64,000 nucleotides of DNA from assembly GCA_965202585.1 (NCBI GenBank), contig OZ241826.1, positions 18,786,001 to 18,850,000 on the forward strand, given 5' to 3'. The notes below the pieces were generated by a model, which made no database searches, was not told where the DNA came from, and saw only the letters and a list, made by a program, of their open reading frames with translations. Shown here in pieces: positions 49,746 through 63,815 of the stretch (positions are counted from its first letter, which is position 1; every line of letters starts with the position of its first letter). Source of the DNA: Thalia democratica (lineage: Eukaryota). The translations under genes and the position numbers were made by a program.

Positions 49746-50486
49746 TCATGAATAAATCTTCACACTAAAAGTTTCATTTTTTGTATCAAACAAAATAAAC
49801 TGATGAGTGTTGTCCGATAAAATGTTTAATAACACAACTTTATTTCCAAAACAACAAACACTAGATTTCCCTACTTCAAACTTTGAAAATCAATTTCACA
49901 GTTAATTGAAGTAAACTTTCTTGTTATACTGTCAAAAACCTCCCAGGTTTTATTATATCGTCCAGCAGTTACAAACATTTTGTTACCAACGCAAACTGAA
50001 GAATGTCCACATCTTCTTTCGATCATGTCGGGTAAACAAGTCCAACTTAAACAGCCTCCAGAATACTTTCTGCCTCCACTAACAAAAATTCTACCTTTAA
50101 AAATTGTGCAAGTTCCGGATAGTCTACTTTTATTCATTTTTGCTATATCATACCATTTTTTTAGTTTGAAATCGTATTTGTGACTCAGCTCACCATATTT
50201 ATTGAAGACATTTAGTTCTTTTATAAATAGAAAAATATTAGTCCATCTAAAAATTTCTTGAAAGTTAGAGGAAGAATTTTGCATAACTACCCCTTTTGAA
50301 GATAGGCAATCACAGTAACTAGCTTTGATGAACAACTTGTCGTTAGAAACAGGCTGGATGGTTAAGTAGCATAGACTTCTTGACTTTTAAGAAACTTCTA
50401 TCAAAAGTAAATTTGAACACCAAATCATTGGTTTCTTGAGAGCAATGTCTATTTTGGTACAAGATAGATGAGTGACGAAAGTTCAT
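49746..50486 (-). pseudogene. Type-B Kelch pseudogene, closest to 11081-11896
   Basis: MNFRHSSILYQNRHCSQE start; frameshifts near 50345 and 49880; in-frame deletion removing KSVEAYDHHENK (reads GGCLS-WTCLPDM); C-terminus ..QFILFDTKNETFSVKIYS*. Confidence 0.9.
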
Positions 50487-51176
50487 ATTAATTTAAGCTG
50501 AAAAAATGTAAGAAGTAATAAAAACAAAAACTTAATTGGAAAGTGTAGTTACCTTTGAAAAATTACTTAATTTTTTATACCTTTACAACATGTTTTAGCT
50601 ACTCAAAAGGATATTATTTTCAAATACAAACGAATAAAAAATTACTAATTTTTCAAATGAATAATAATAAATTAATATAGCAACGTGTTGAGGTAATGAA
50701 AAAAAAGTTAAACACTTAAATACCAAACTAAATATGTCTCCTTAATAATTTAAGTGTTTTTCAGATATGTATATTTTGAAACAAGTAATTTTATACATTG
50801 ATCAGTTTGTAATGATTAGTAAAACTATAATTCATCGAATTTTTTATGAAATAGCATAAATCTTAAGAGTAAAAACTTTGAAATCAAGAGTTTTGACTTT
50901 CATATAATCAATTTATAAGTTATTATAGATTTAAAGAAACTGTTAGCTTGTAAACATCCTTTTGGAGCTAGATACACAAAATATATAAATAACCAAAACC
51001 TTACATACCCACTAAGTATAAAACTATCATGTAGTTGTTTTTATCAGTAAAAACGCTTTTTTATTTCATTTAGCACAAATAAAATTAACATCATTTAGTT
51101 ACTATTCTTACAAAAAATTTACAATTGGTATCGTAAATGAACAAAAAAGTTTTTAAATAAACAAACTAGTTAGGAG

Positions 51177-51930
51177 TAGGGGCGTGTCTAGATCTTTATC
51201 ATTGGTGTTGCACAATCTTTTTGTTTAAAAATAAAATATTTTCTGTAGAAGCTTTTATAATAAACACTATAATATATTATAGCTCTCTACTACATAATTG
51301 TTTAAAATTTCTGTAAAAACATTTAAACTTTAAACATTTAGAAAAGACCAGTAAATAGAACTCAAAATCTGAATATGTAATCCAGTTCTTTACTTTTTAG
51401 TAAACGAAAACTTAAAAATAATCCTTATTCCTGTTTTTAATAACAATATAAAATTGTTATCTTACATTGTGAAACTAACATGAACAAAAAAATATTTTAT
51501 ACATAAGAAACTTAAAACAAACTACCAATAAAAATAAGTAATTAACTTGTCTTAATAATAAAAATCAACATAATCAATGATATGTAATTTTCATTTTATA
51601 TTATTCAAATATGCTTTAATAAACAACTTTGATTGACCAATTAAAAAAAAAATTATATATTTAAATATTGTTCAACTTTTGTTAATAAAAAATGTTTGTA
51701 TATTTTTTTATTTTTTTCGACAAAAAACTTATAATAGTAAGTCATTTTAACGTATTTATTCAAAAAAATATTGAATTAAACTTTACTTAATATCCAAAAC
51801 CAACTAAATTGATATAAATTTTTAGTGAATTATTTAAAACGTAAACCATACTTAATCACTTTTTATAATGCTTTTTTCAATTTTATAGGGGTTCGATGGT
51901 AAACAGGAAACCAGTCAAAACACGCCCCTG
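51177..51930 (-). mobile_element. Paralogous copy of the upstream hAT-type element (754 bp)
   Basis: taggggcgtgtctag at 51177 and caaaacacgcccctg ending 51930; flanks ctcctaac / ctttcaac (minus-strand reading); both outer flanks shared with the 9415 copy. Confidence 0.8.
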
Positions 51931-54369
51931 GTTGAAAGCTTTTGTTAGTAGAATGCAAATGCTTTTATTTAATTTGTTTACATTAAGATAACTTATAGTT
52001 ATGCAGAAATAAGCAGTATCAAAATAGATTAATAAAAAACATTAAATTGTCGACAGTATGCCTGAAACAGCTCGATAAAAAATAAATAAAGAATTTTTTC
52101 AGGCTGTAAAGATTTAGCTCGTACGCCGAGCTTATTTTTATTTAATCTTAACATTACAATTTAGATTATGATAAATTTTATAAACATTTTCCATACAAGT
52201 TGTCTTACTTTTCAAACCAACTACCTAAATATATAAAAAGTAAAAAAGAACAAGTTAAGTTAAAACTGTAAAGTTATTAGCTTGTTCTAAAACAAACTTA
52301 AACTTATTTCAATTCTTTAACTTTAAACTAAAAGACTTTTATAAATTTATGTATACTTTCCAAGCTAAACTACAATTCGATAACCACAGCACTACCTTGT
52401 GTTATTTTATATATTCAATTAATTTCTAGAATTTTGAAACAGTTTTAAATAAGTTTTATACTTAATTCTCAAATTATGTTGTCGATATCTCGAAAGTTTG
52501 ATAAACTTTAATGTATTTACTGGTGATATGTCAATAAAATATCTGAAAATTCTTACAAAAACAACAAGGGCAACATCCCAAAACTTTAATAAGAGATCAT
52601 TTATAACTACTCAAAATTATTAGAACTTGTATAGTCGTGCACCCTTATACTTTACTGTTTTGCATTACAACCTCGTAATCCTTTAGAGAGTTTGAACTGT
52701 TTCATTATAATAATTTGAAGTGTATATTTCTATTATCAGCCTAGGAAGTTTAAATAAAGTACAGTTGTGTCAAACTGCGTTTTGTAATAGTCTTTATTAA
52801 AAACTTTATATTATGTATTATGACATGTTAAAAACTCAAATCAAGTTATGTTGCTAAATTAAAGCCACTGTTAGTAAACTTATGCAGCTGAAGTAAATGT
52901 TTAAATTAACTCTATTTTATACAAAAGTTTATATAAAATATTCTATAAAAACTACTTCTAAACTAAAATGTAAACGTTCTAGACAAAAGAGCCAAGCGTC
53001 AGGAGCTACTTTCTGCCCTAAATCGAAACGGCTTGCTCTTTCTTTCGCCACTTGACTGCTTATAAGTATCATATAAATTCTGTATAAAGTATCAGTAAAC
53101 GTCTGATGGCAAAAAAGCATAATGAGATGAAATCTTAATGTTTATAAGCGACGATCAGCGGATATTGATATTTATTAGAAACTATTTTTTTTTTGAAGAG
53201 CAATATTTTTATCATCTAAAGAGTTCTTAATATATAATCTGTTTTATAATTTTTTCCAAAAACTCTATTTTTAGACAATTAAAGCAAAAATAATATATAA
53301 TTATTTTAAAATAAAATCATCTTGTTAATTAAATCTTTACTTAAAATACTTTTGAATAAAAGTTTTATGTTTAATAAAACTTTTAAATAAAAAAGACTTA
53401 TTATCAAAAAATTTATCTACACTTACTGCGTGTCAGTTAGAATAATTTAAGTAACTTAGTTTGATTGTATGCCATGTAGTAAAACGTAATAAATCAATTA
53501 CATTTTTGATAACTTTTTTTTTTGTGTTGTATAAATTACAAGGAAGTGATAATTTCATTAAAAGTTTGAAAAACATTAAATAAATTATTAGACTAATCTT
53601 AATTTGGAAATGAAAAATGTTGGTAGTATGTAAATTGTTTGGGGTAACTTAAATAGCTGAGCTTGTTAAAAAGAGTAATTTTTTTGGAAAGTATGTTTTG
53701 CTTCTTAACTTTAGTATTAAGGATGAGATTTGTGGTTATGAGTTCTGTATACGGTTGAAATTTATTAACGTGCAACTTTAGGCCTTCTTCCTTTGGATGC
53801 TTTTAAGTTTTATCTTATTTTTAAGATAGTTAAAAAAAAGCATAACACTTTTTCAACTATAAAGTTAGAATTAAAATTAATGAACAAAATCCTTTTTAAA
53901 ATCCTCTTACAACTACTCAGATACATTTGTTTAATTTTGTTTTTTGCTACCAAAAACTTTATATTCTTCTTGTAAAAACTTTACTACATCATGTACAATA
54001 TGTAAGTAGAAAAAAAAAGATTTAGTAAACTACACTACAGTCATATAAACTCTTCTGAAAATTCGAAGAAATATTCAAAGTAATTGAACTAAAAGTTTTA
54101 CACACATCTAGTTTTTTAAAAATGTCTTAAACAGGTTCAACTTAGTCTGAGTTTTTTTTAGTTTTTAAACTAGTCTAATTGTTTGGCCACCCCGTTTAAC
54201 ATAAAGTTCACAAAATAAAAGAATATCAAAGTTTATTAACAATGAAATAATTACATAGCTAAAAAAAATATTATAAGTCAGCTTTAATGGACAATTAAGT
54301 TTTAAAAGACTTTTAACAAATGTACAAAAATTTATTAAGCTATTAATGGTTTTTTTTTTCAATGTAATA

Positions 54370-54850
54370 AGGGGTGCACAGGAAACTAGTCAAAATACGC
54401 CACAAGTTAAAAGTTTTTTTTGTAAGATGCAAAAGCTTCTATTAAATTTTTTCTCACTTCAGTAACATAAAGTTATACAGAAAAAAAAACATTAAACCAA
54501 GTAATAAATATCAGTGAGTTGCTGACAAGTGGTTTAAAACGGCTCGACTAAAATAATTTAGCAAAATAATATGCCACATGATAATTATACGCCGAAATCA
54601 ATTTTTAAATAACTATTTTTAATCATTAAAATTTAGCATCTGAAAAATTTTCTAAACATTTGCTAAACAAATTATCTTACATTTCAAACCAATTACAAAA
54701 TCAGATAAAACGTAAAAAATAAAATGTTAGATTATAGTTGGAAAGTTATTAGCTTAATTTTAAATATATTATATTATTTTAATTCAATAATTTTGTACTA
54801 AGTAATTTTTATAAGTTCGTCTATACTTTTCAAACTGTATACATGTTTAT
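54370..54850 (-). repeat. Partial copy of the hAT terminus plus its shared left flank
   Basis: ggggtgcacaggaaactagtcaaaatacgcc followed by sequence matching 9050-9414 reversed. Confidence 0.75.
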
Positions 54851-55214
54851 TATCATGTTCATAACTTTTACTTATTGTTATTTTTAAAAAATTGTATTTC
54901 GATAAAAATAATTTAAAGCATGATTAGCTTGTAATTATGATAAGTTTAATAACACTTTTTAGCTCACTTAAAAAAAAAAACTTTAAGTTCTAATATATTA
55001 AGTTTATAACTTATCCTTTTTTCTCAAACTTAAACTTAAGGTCGGTAATGTAGAGACATTCTTATATTTAATAAATAAAAATTAATTATAAAATTATTTT
55101 ATATACTAATTGTATAACAGTTAAAGCACAACGAGAACTAACTAACTAAGTAGGCAAATCAGGTTTATACAAATTAGACATAAAACAAAGTCAAAAATCA
55201 AAAAGTCCTGAAAC

Positions 55215-55943
55215 TAAAACATTCATTCTATGTATGTCCGAACTAACATTCAACAATATAACTTTGTTTCCAAAGCAACATGCACTACATTAACTAATAG
55301 CAAAGTTTTCAATTTCAAATTAACATTTAATTAAAGTAAATTTCCTTGATATACTGTCAAAAATTTCCAAGGTATGATTATATCGTTCGGGAATTACAAC
55401 AAGTTTGTTCTCCATACTAACACAAAAATGTCAACATATTTTTATGATCATATCAGTTAAACAAGTTCATTTGTATTCATGATGGTCATATGCTTCTACT
55501 GTATTGACTGATTTCAAACCCCTACTAAAATTTGTAAAACCTCCACTATGAACAATTCTACTATCAAATAAAGTGCGAAATCCATGTAGTCTATTATTGT
55601 TTAATCTTGCTAAATAATACCAATTGTTAGACTTAAAATTATACTTACAACAATGCATACTATAATTATTGAACATGTTAACTTCTTTCATAAATAGACA
55701 AATATTACTCCGTCCACAAAAATTATACCTTTTGATGACATGTAATTGAATGACAGTATTAATGAATAACTCGTTGTTAGAACTTGTCTGAATGTTTTTA
55801 AATTTCAGTATCGCAGATTTGTTAACTTTTAAAAAGCTACATTGATGGTGCGAAGTGCTGTTTTTAGTAAAAGTGAACTTAATATCTTGTTCTTGAGAGC
55901 AAAGTCTATTTTGGTACAAAATAGATGTCTGATTACAATTCAT
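55215..55943 (-). pseudogene. Type-B Kelch pseudogene
   Basis: ORF 55467-55943 ends at YDHHEYK* where paralogs have W (TGG>TGA). The downstream relic continues (CLTDMI..SMENKLVV..LEIFDSISRKFTLIKC) with more stops and a frameshift. The end coordinate is approximate. Confidence 0.88.
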
Positions 55944-57452
55944 CTAAATTTAGCTGAAAAACTGTAATAACTAATAAAATCAAAATCTTTGCTAAAAAAT
56001 GTTGTTATATTTGAAAAAAAAAATTCGTTTTTGTACCTTTACAAAAAAAAATTCTTCTCAAAAACATATTAGTTTCAAATATAGATGAATTAAATAGTAA
56101 ACAATTTTAATTGTATAAAACTAAATCAATATAACAACTTGTTAAAGTAATTAAAAAATAAATATATAATAAAAAATAAACAAGTAAAGTGTTGTTTAGA
56201 TTTGTATGTTTTGAAACAAGTAATTTTATGCATTAATTACTTTGTATTAATAACCAAAATTACTGTTAATTGAATTTGTTTTATCAATAAATATAAACCT
56301 TAATAGTAAAACATTGAAGCTAAAAGTTTTGTACACTCAAATCAGTCAATTTGAGATTTTTGATAGATTTAAGTATTTAAATATATCTTTTTATTATACT
56401 TACTTATTGTTATAAAAGCACACTTTATAAACATTCTAAACTTATGATTATTAAAACTTTTATTTTAAAACGATAAGATTAAAAACAGAGAAAAGTTTTG
56501 TGTTAATTTTTCTTTGTTAGATTTGGTTGGTGTATTTAAAGAATATTGTGTGTCAATAATTAGTTGTAAACCAATGTTGTTAAAAGTAGACTTATATAAA
56601 AGTTAAATAATAAAAAATAATACAGTAATAATAAATAACTAAATTTGTTAAAGGACTGAATAATTCTAAAATAAACATTAAAAGAATGCATGCTAACATT
56701 ATTGTTATTACCTATAATTTTTGTATATAAATCTACTATTTTATTTTGAACGTAAAACAAGTGAATAAATCTTATTTTCGAAACAATTTTAAAAACTAGA
56801 TTGAATATTTTCGTTTTGTATTTGTTATAATAAAATAGTCTTTAATTTTTTATAAAGCATGTATTTTACTCGGTATTCTTTGTTAAAAATACTTGTGTCT
56901 TTAATATTTTTCGCATACATTTTTTTCATTATGATTAACAATGCAGAGTACTATTTAAAAGTTTTAAAAATTTGTTTAAAGTTCAAATTTTTTTGTTTTA
57001 TTTTTATCTCCTGTAAAAATTGTTACTTCACGTTATTACTTTAAAACTACAACAAAGTACAAATAAGTTAAAATCGAGCAGACTGGGATGAGAAAGAAGG
57101 TTTCACATGAACGGTGACATTAATTAGGTAGACATCAAATGTAGTTAGTTTAAATAAATCTAAAAAATTAAAATTAAGATTTAAAAAGTTCTCTCAATCA
57201 GTTTGCAATTGATTTGTAACCGTCATCAATTGCAGTTTTAATTGGTTGGATTTTGGTTAGGTTAAGCTACTCTTAAATAAGACTATTAAAAATGGTTATT
57301 GAAAGTATTACAGACGTAGGATTTATTAATAAATAAAGCTAAAGCACAACAAAAACTAATTTAGTAAAACATTGTGTAGACAAATATAAAAAAAAAAACA
57401 ATACTCACATAACTTAGAATCACTTAATAGTTTGTTAAGGTCATATTTCAAA

Positions 57453-57767
57453 TTAAATGTTTTTATTGTTTCTACCAAACACAATAAAGTGACGGGTATA
57501 AACACAAACATTGATTACCAGAACTTTATCTCCAACACAACTAGCACTAAACTTACTAGTACTAAAATATTCAGATTCAGTTTTTTAAAAAATTAAAGTA
57601 AATTTTCTTGCTCTACATCAAAAACCTTCTACGTTTTGTTAAAATGCCCAATAGTTACAAACAATTTATTATTCATACTAACTGCAAAATAGTTATACTT
57701 TCTTTCAACCAAAAGAGATAAAAACTACCACTGATGATCATACGCTTCTACTGACTTCAAATTACCT
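57453..57767 (-). pseudogene. Type-B Kelch pseudogene, 3' fragment
   Basis: GNLKSVEAYDH..W*FL..LVERKYNYFAVSMNNKLFVTIGHFNKT*KVFD...SASCVGDKVLVINV...RHFIVF. Confidence 0.82.
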
Positions 57768-58289
57768 AGGAGCTTATAATAATACGCATTTGATATAATA
57801 TAGCTCTTTACTAAATAACATTCTAAAATTTCTCGGTACATAAAAATGTTTAAACTTAAATTGGGAAATACAAGTAAAACAGAGTGCAAAATCTGAATAT
57901 ACAATGCAACTCTTAATTTTTAATAAAAAAAATTAAATAATAGTTTATTTTGTGTTATTTATGACAATGTGAAAAATTTGCCTTTTATTGTGAAGCTAAC
58001 ATTTGTAAAAAAATATTTAAAACATAAGCGTAAAACAAAGTACTAACCAAGATTAGTGACTTTCTTATTTTATAATTAGAAAAACATTTTTAATGAAATG
58101 TATAAAAAATACTTAATTAAACGGTTCCAAACAAAACAATTTGGCTACAAACTTAACCGAAAAATAAAATAAGTTTTATTTTTAATAACAAACTAACAAC
58201 AGGCGTAAACTATTTTTTAAAACTTGAGTAAAAAAATATATATCTACGGTTATTTTAATGTTCACAACAACAAGTGATTTCGTCAAAGT

Positions 58290-59080
58290 TTCCAAAGTAA
58301 ACAATGAAACCTTTTGAGTTTTAAACTCATTCAAAAATACTTTTGTAAACACTTTTGGTTGACTAATTATTAATAAAAATTTTTATTTTATAAAATGTGC
58401 AAATTTTGTAGCTGTAAAATTTTTGTATGGTTTATAAATTATTTCGATAAAATTTTTATGAAATTACAACGTTTTGACGTAATATTTGAAAAATATAAAC
58501 TAAATTTTTCTTAATATCATTAATTTAATAACTTTCTATGAATTTTTTGTAAAATATTTTAAAAGAAAATCATATTTAACTGCTTTTTTATAAGAATTTT
58601 TTTTTAAATATTATAGGGGATGCACCGGAAACAGGAAACTACTCAAAACATGCCCCTGGTGGAAAGCTTTCATTTGTAAGATACAAGTGTTTTTTTTTTT
58701 AATTTTCTCACACAAAAATAACTTAAACTTATGCAGAAACAAAGTTATTTTAAATCAACTTATAAACAACAATTTATTTAAACGACAGTTTATTTAGATT
58801 AAAAATAAATAAACAAAATAACAGGCCAAACGACGGTTATAAGCAAGTTTATTTTTGAATGTTTTTTAATCATTATGATTTAGCATCTGAAAAACTTTCT
58901 AAAAAATTTTTTAAACAAATTAACTTACCTTTCAAACAAATTGCATAATCAGATATAACGTAAAAAATAACAAGTTAAATTATAGTTGTAAAACTACTAG
59001 CTTAACTAAAATTTACCTTAATTATTTTTAATTCACTCAATTTAAACTAACTAACTTTTATAAGTTTGTCTACACTTTCT
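58290..59080 (-). repeat. Partial copy of the upstream hAT-type element (terminus at 58658) plus shared flank
   Basis: ctcaaaacatgcccctg ends at 58658, followed by flank gtggaaag; both sides match 9000-9770 reversed. Confidence 0.78.
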
Positions 59081-60380
59081 AAACTGCAGTAAAATTTTAT
59101 GAACTACAACACTACATTGTGCCTTTACAGACTTATAACTATTTTAAACAAGTTTTATACTTCATTTTTAGTACTGTCAATTTTAAAAAGTTTGTAAAAC
59201 TAAAATGTATTTTATGGTGATATATATCTAAGTTTTACATTAAACTCTATTATCTTCTAAAATTTAATCTTAGCAAAATAAGTAGTATACTATATTCTTT
59301 ACATTAAATTTTAAAACAACATATGTTAAAAGTAGAAGTTTTTAATTGTTCATGAACCAAATAGTGTTTATTAGAAGTGTTTGAAACAAAATAAAAAATA
59401 CAAGCGATGTAACTGTGTTTTATTTATGTTGTTGTTTTTTATGTTAAATATTTTAGTAAAAATTAAGTTATTAGTAACATAATCGGTGTTTTTATAAAAC
59501 TTAAGTTTAATGATTAATTCTACTAGCAAGCTCAATAAAAACAAATTTTGCATCTGAACTTAATTGTTATTGAAAAACAGTTAACCTAAATAAACAAACA
59601 GTTTTACTATACTAAAAAAACGACAAAATTGAGGAAAAAAATGGGGGTGTTTGAAAATAAGTAAAAAAATCAGTAACTTGGAAAAAATGTCAGATTTTGT
59701 CTGTTTATATTAACAAAATTCCTTATTTTCCAAAGCCTTATAATAGTAAAAATGTAATTAAACATCCTCTAATGTCAGACTAAAACTGCAACATATTCCT
59801 AAAAAATTACAAAATTACCTACTTTTCAATGCCTTCATCTGGTAAAAATTAGTGTAATTACACAGATAACCTAAAAATCACAAACAGTTTTTAGTATTGA
59901 TGATCTGTTGCAAGGACACTTGGATAGTGAAATTATGATGCATACACAAAATTAAACTTGCAGAATTTCAGAATCAAAGCTTTTTTTTGCTTAACTAAAT
60001 AGTTAAGTTCTTTATAATTAGGTTCTAAGTTTAGTATCTTGTGTAACAAATTTTTGTGTATACTTTACCTGTTTATAACTTTCTCAAAATTGTTAAAATT
60101 TGAAAAGTGGTTGTAAGAGAGGTATATGCTATGGTTAAGTTTACTCGTTTTTTGAACTTTTTGTAGAATAACTGAAGTTTTTAAAATAAAAAAAAAGGTC
60201 TGTTTGTTGCAAATTTATAGTAAATGGTTATAGAAAATATAAAATTGAAAACTTTATATAGTTTTAAGTGTTTGATTGTGTGTATTAAAACACTTTGAAT
60301 TAAGAATCTGATTTAGAAAAGTCAGCAAACCTTTAATAAAATATTAGAAAAAAGTTATGAATTTTTTCTCAGCTTGATCT

Positions 60381-60392
60381 GTGGCAACCCTG
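60381..60392. mobile_element. Isolated DNA-transposon terminus (gtggcaaccctg)
   Basis: Exact reverse complement of cagggttgccac at 63744; the two face outward, so they belong to different element copies. Confidence 0.55.
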
Positions 60393-63300
60393 ATGTACAG
60401 ATAATAAAATGGTTATCACCAGTTTATCATGCACAGTTTTTAAAGTTTTCTGGATTTGTTATTTAAATTCTCACAACTTTAAAAAATAAGGTTTTATATT
60501 ATATCTAAACGTCAAGTATGTATTGCAAAAACTTGTTTTCAGTCATGCTCTATTTAATTTAAAATTTAAAAAACATGTTTACATCATATAATAAATTTGA
60601 GACAATATTACTAAATAAGTTAACTAAATACAATGGACATATAAAAGAGTAGCTCGTACATAGATTCTTCTCATAATGTGTGTAAAACCAGTACCCTTAT
60701 AATTTAAAACACGAGAAGTAAAAAAGTTTAGTTTCAAAAAAAAAAATTAGACAGCTACTCTTAAACAATTACCGTACTATTTTATATACAAATCATAAGA
60801 TTTAAAAAAAATTTACTTATACTATTTTAAAAGATATGGCTTGTAATGTTGACAATACAGTTAACCTATAAAATACAAGTTATGAATAAAGTTATACAAA
60901 CATATAAGTATAATATAAGATTTGAAGCTAAGTATCTTAAAGTTTATGACTCTTTAATGTACAACTAAAATAGGGTTACTAAAAAAAACCTGAATCCTGT
61001 AAAAACCCGGAACTCCAAATAATTTTTCTCTTGTAAAGTGGTCAATATTGATAATTTACAAAAATCTGTCATATACAAATAATTTGTTTTGTATCGATTA
61101 CAATTCTATTTGTTTTAAAACACATTAAAAGTAGCATTAACTTTTTTTTTTTTTTGAATATGTTTATACTGTTTATCACCAAAAAGTTAACTTTATACTA
61201 AAAATGTATTTATAAACTTGTAATTTAAAATAAAGAAAAAAAAAACCTAAAAAAATTTTAAAGTTGTTTGTCAAACCTGTTTAATTAAACACACTTAATA
61301 TTTTAAAACCTAAAACTTTTGATTACTTGTATAAAACAAGTTAATATTTTTTAACGATTTTTAGACACAAGTATGGTTCCCACTCAAAACTTGCAATAAA
61401 AGGGATTAAATAACAAAATACTTAAATCTAAACTTTTTTCATATTTGCTGACCAATATTCAATTATACAACCAAGTTTTTGTGGTGTTTTTTTGATTTAT
61501 TGTGGTAATTTTGAATTATGTTTAGTAGCAAATTGATTAGAGTGTTCAGATTTAAAACATCTAGGAACACGCTATTAACGTTTTTTTATAGATCAATAAA
61601 TTTGTAGTAACCAAGTTTTTAAATTTTAAAATGCTTATCAGTTAAAAAAAGACTGTATTTAAATCTAACTTAAAAACCTTAACAAAATAATATTGTATTT
61701 TATACATTGTTTTACCTTTTTTTTTAGTTATTAGTTCATAAGTTGTAAACAAAATAGCAAACTAATTATTTTTATGATGCAAGTTAGGCAAACATATTTA
61801 TTTATAAAAATAAATCAGATTTTAAAAGCAAATAACTAGTGTTTTTAATTTTTGGTAAATGCTAAAAGCATGGTTTCAGTATATTTTAAATTATTTTTTT
61901 GGTAAAAAAACTAAATTAAATAAAAATTATTAAAAAAATTGCTTTTTGTACAAGTTTTTATTATCAGTTATATGATATCATTGCATTAGTTATAATTGTG
62001 GTAGATAGAATTTTGATTTAATTTTTTAATCAATAAAAAATTTAGTATCATACAGAGCTGTGCTTAGTACTCATAAAAAAACAGTCATTTCTGATAATAT
62101 ATTTTGGGAGCCGCTCAACTCCAACTGTTATTATTTCTCACATGATCAAGTTTGAGAACTGCTTGCCGACCAAGGGTAAAGGTTTGTGGTAACAGTTATA
62201 ATAAAAAATACATTTAAAAAACAATGAGAAAAAAAAGAATAAATAAATGAATAAATAAACATCAGGAATCAAAAAGTTGTTGGTTGAATTTGTGCCCAGC
62301 CTGTATTAGATTGGGTGGGAAATGATCGGGGCTTATAGTTATAGTTTTTCTAAGTATTCTAGTTTCGTTTAAACTAAATAACCTATATTAAAGTAAATAC
62401 ATGTTATGATGTCGCACCAGTATAGAGCTGAAAATGTTTGGTTAACCTTATTTTCATATTTTCGCTCTATGTCTTTTTTAACTATGTATTTTTAAATTAA
62501 AACTTAATTGCAAAAAAATAATCCTTTAGTCTTTAACAGATATGTACTTTACATTTTTATTTATAATCATACTAAGATAAAGATTTTTCGCACAATGTTC
62601 AATTAAAGTGAGAACGTGCTTAATACATAAAACAAAAGCAGATATTTTGTAAACAAAAGCGATTAAATATAATCTTTATTAGTCTATGACGAATAAATTT
62701 AATTTTGTTGTATATATAGCTTGTTTAAAACATTTGGTTTAAATGCTTCGGATGCAATTTTCTCACGTTCAGCCATGCGTAACATAAACTATTTATTTCC
62801 CTTCAGAATTACTAGTGCATCATTCTACTCAAAACTTCCTACAGGTAGCACTAGCCTTATGGTTTACCTAAACTTTTACTGTTTTAAATGTTTCACATAG
62901 AGTATTTATAAAGGATATTTTTGTTTGTCATAAGTCTTTTTTGTTTTGTATTAAAACAGTTAATAATTTTTCAAACCATAAATATATAAAAATCATCTAG
63001 GTTTAAGTTTAATTTATTTAATAAGTTACTAACAATTGTAAGTAAGTTAAAATCTAGTTGATTTATACCAAGTATTAAAATATATACAATTAGACTTTAT
63101 AGATACTGTCTTTATCATAACACAATTTAAGTTTTTTTTTAATTATATGTGTTTCACTAGATTAGAATCATTAACTTAAATTAAATATAAAAAGACTTGA
63201 ATAATTCTTTCTAGCATACTTTGAAAAAGTTCTTTGTGTAGGATTTTTGGTTAGAACTTAGCTAAAAGTTGTTTACTCTTTGCTTTTAAGTTGTGAAAAA

Positions 63301-63743
63301 CCTCAATCTAAAAGGTATTTGTATTTTTTTTATCTAGTTGTTAATAAGCAAAAAAAAAAATGTAAGTATTTTTTTTCAATATCTCTAATACTTATATTGA
63401 AAACTAATAAATATAGTACTAACTGCTGGATTATTCAAGTATATAGAATCAAATTTTAAAAGAAGTAAATTTATATTTACAGCTTGTCAAAAGAATCAAG
63501 GAAACTAACCTGTCTTTAACAAACTTCATCAAAGGAAGTTGGACTAAAAACTGAAGTGTTTTAACTTAATAATTTTTTTTTTACTTAAATTATTTAAAGT
63601 ATAGCATTAGTTACGGTCATAGAAGGGTGTCACAGTGTATTAACATGTTAATTTTACATTCAATGTTTTAGTCTAGCTAGCAGTTGTTATTACTGTTTAG
63701 TAAGTTTCAAATTAGATTGTGAAATTAACACTGAAAATATAGG

Positions 63744-63815
63744 CAGGGTTGCCACAAAACTTAGAATCCTGGAAAAACCTGGAGTTTGTCAATTTAGTCT
63801 AAAACCCTGGAATTA
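63744..63815. mobile_element. DNA-transposon left end (cagggttgccac plus cctgga subterminal repeats)
   Basis: TIR-like 12-mer followed by cctggaaaaacctgga...ccctgga; a degenerate similar end lies at ~60970-61015. Confidence 0.55.

Noticed and set aside
52975-53160. GC-richer block reading LDKRAKRQELLSALNRNGLLFLSPLDCL*
   Set aside because: Under 30 codons before a stop, with no splice context and no confidently recognised homology.
1794-59553. Remaining 60-104 aa ORFs in the track (e.g. 1794, 10759, 17651, 22285, 22957, 27472, 38004, 46355, 53793, 54165, 56560, 56859, 59371)
   Set aside because: Short, mostly F/L/I/K-rich translations expected by chance in very AT-rich non-coding DNA, often with non-ATG starts and lying within repeats; no recognisable domain.
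62100-62340. GC-richer fragments possibly from a SINE or LINE body
   Set aside because: No Pol III boxes, ORF or second copy in the window; cannot be classified without a database search.
60381-63755. Single transposon bounded by the two cagggttgccac motifs
   Set aside because: The motifs face outward rather than inward and no shared TSD flanks them.
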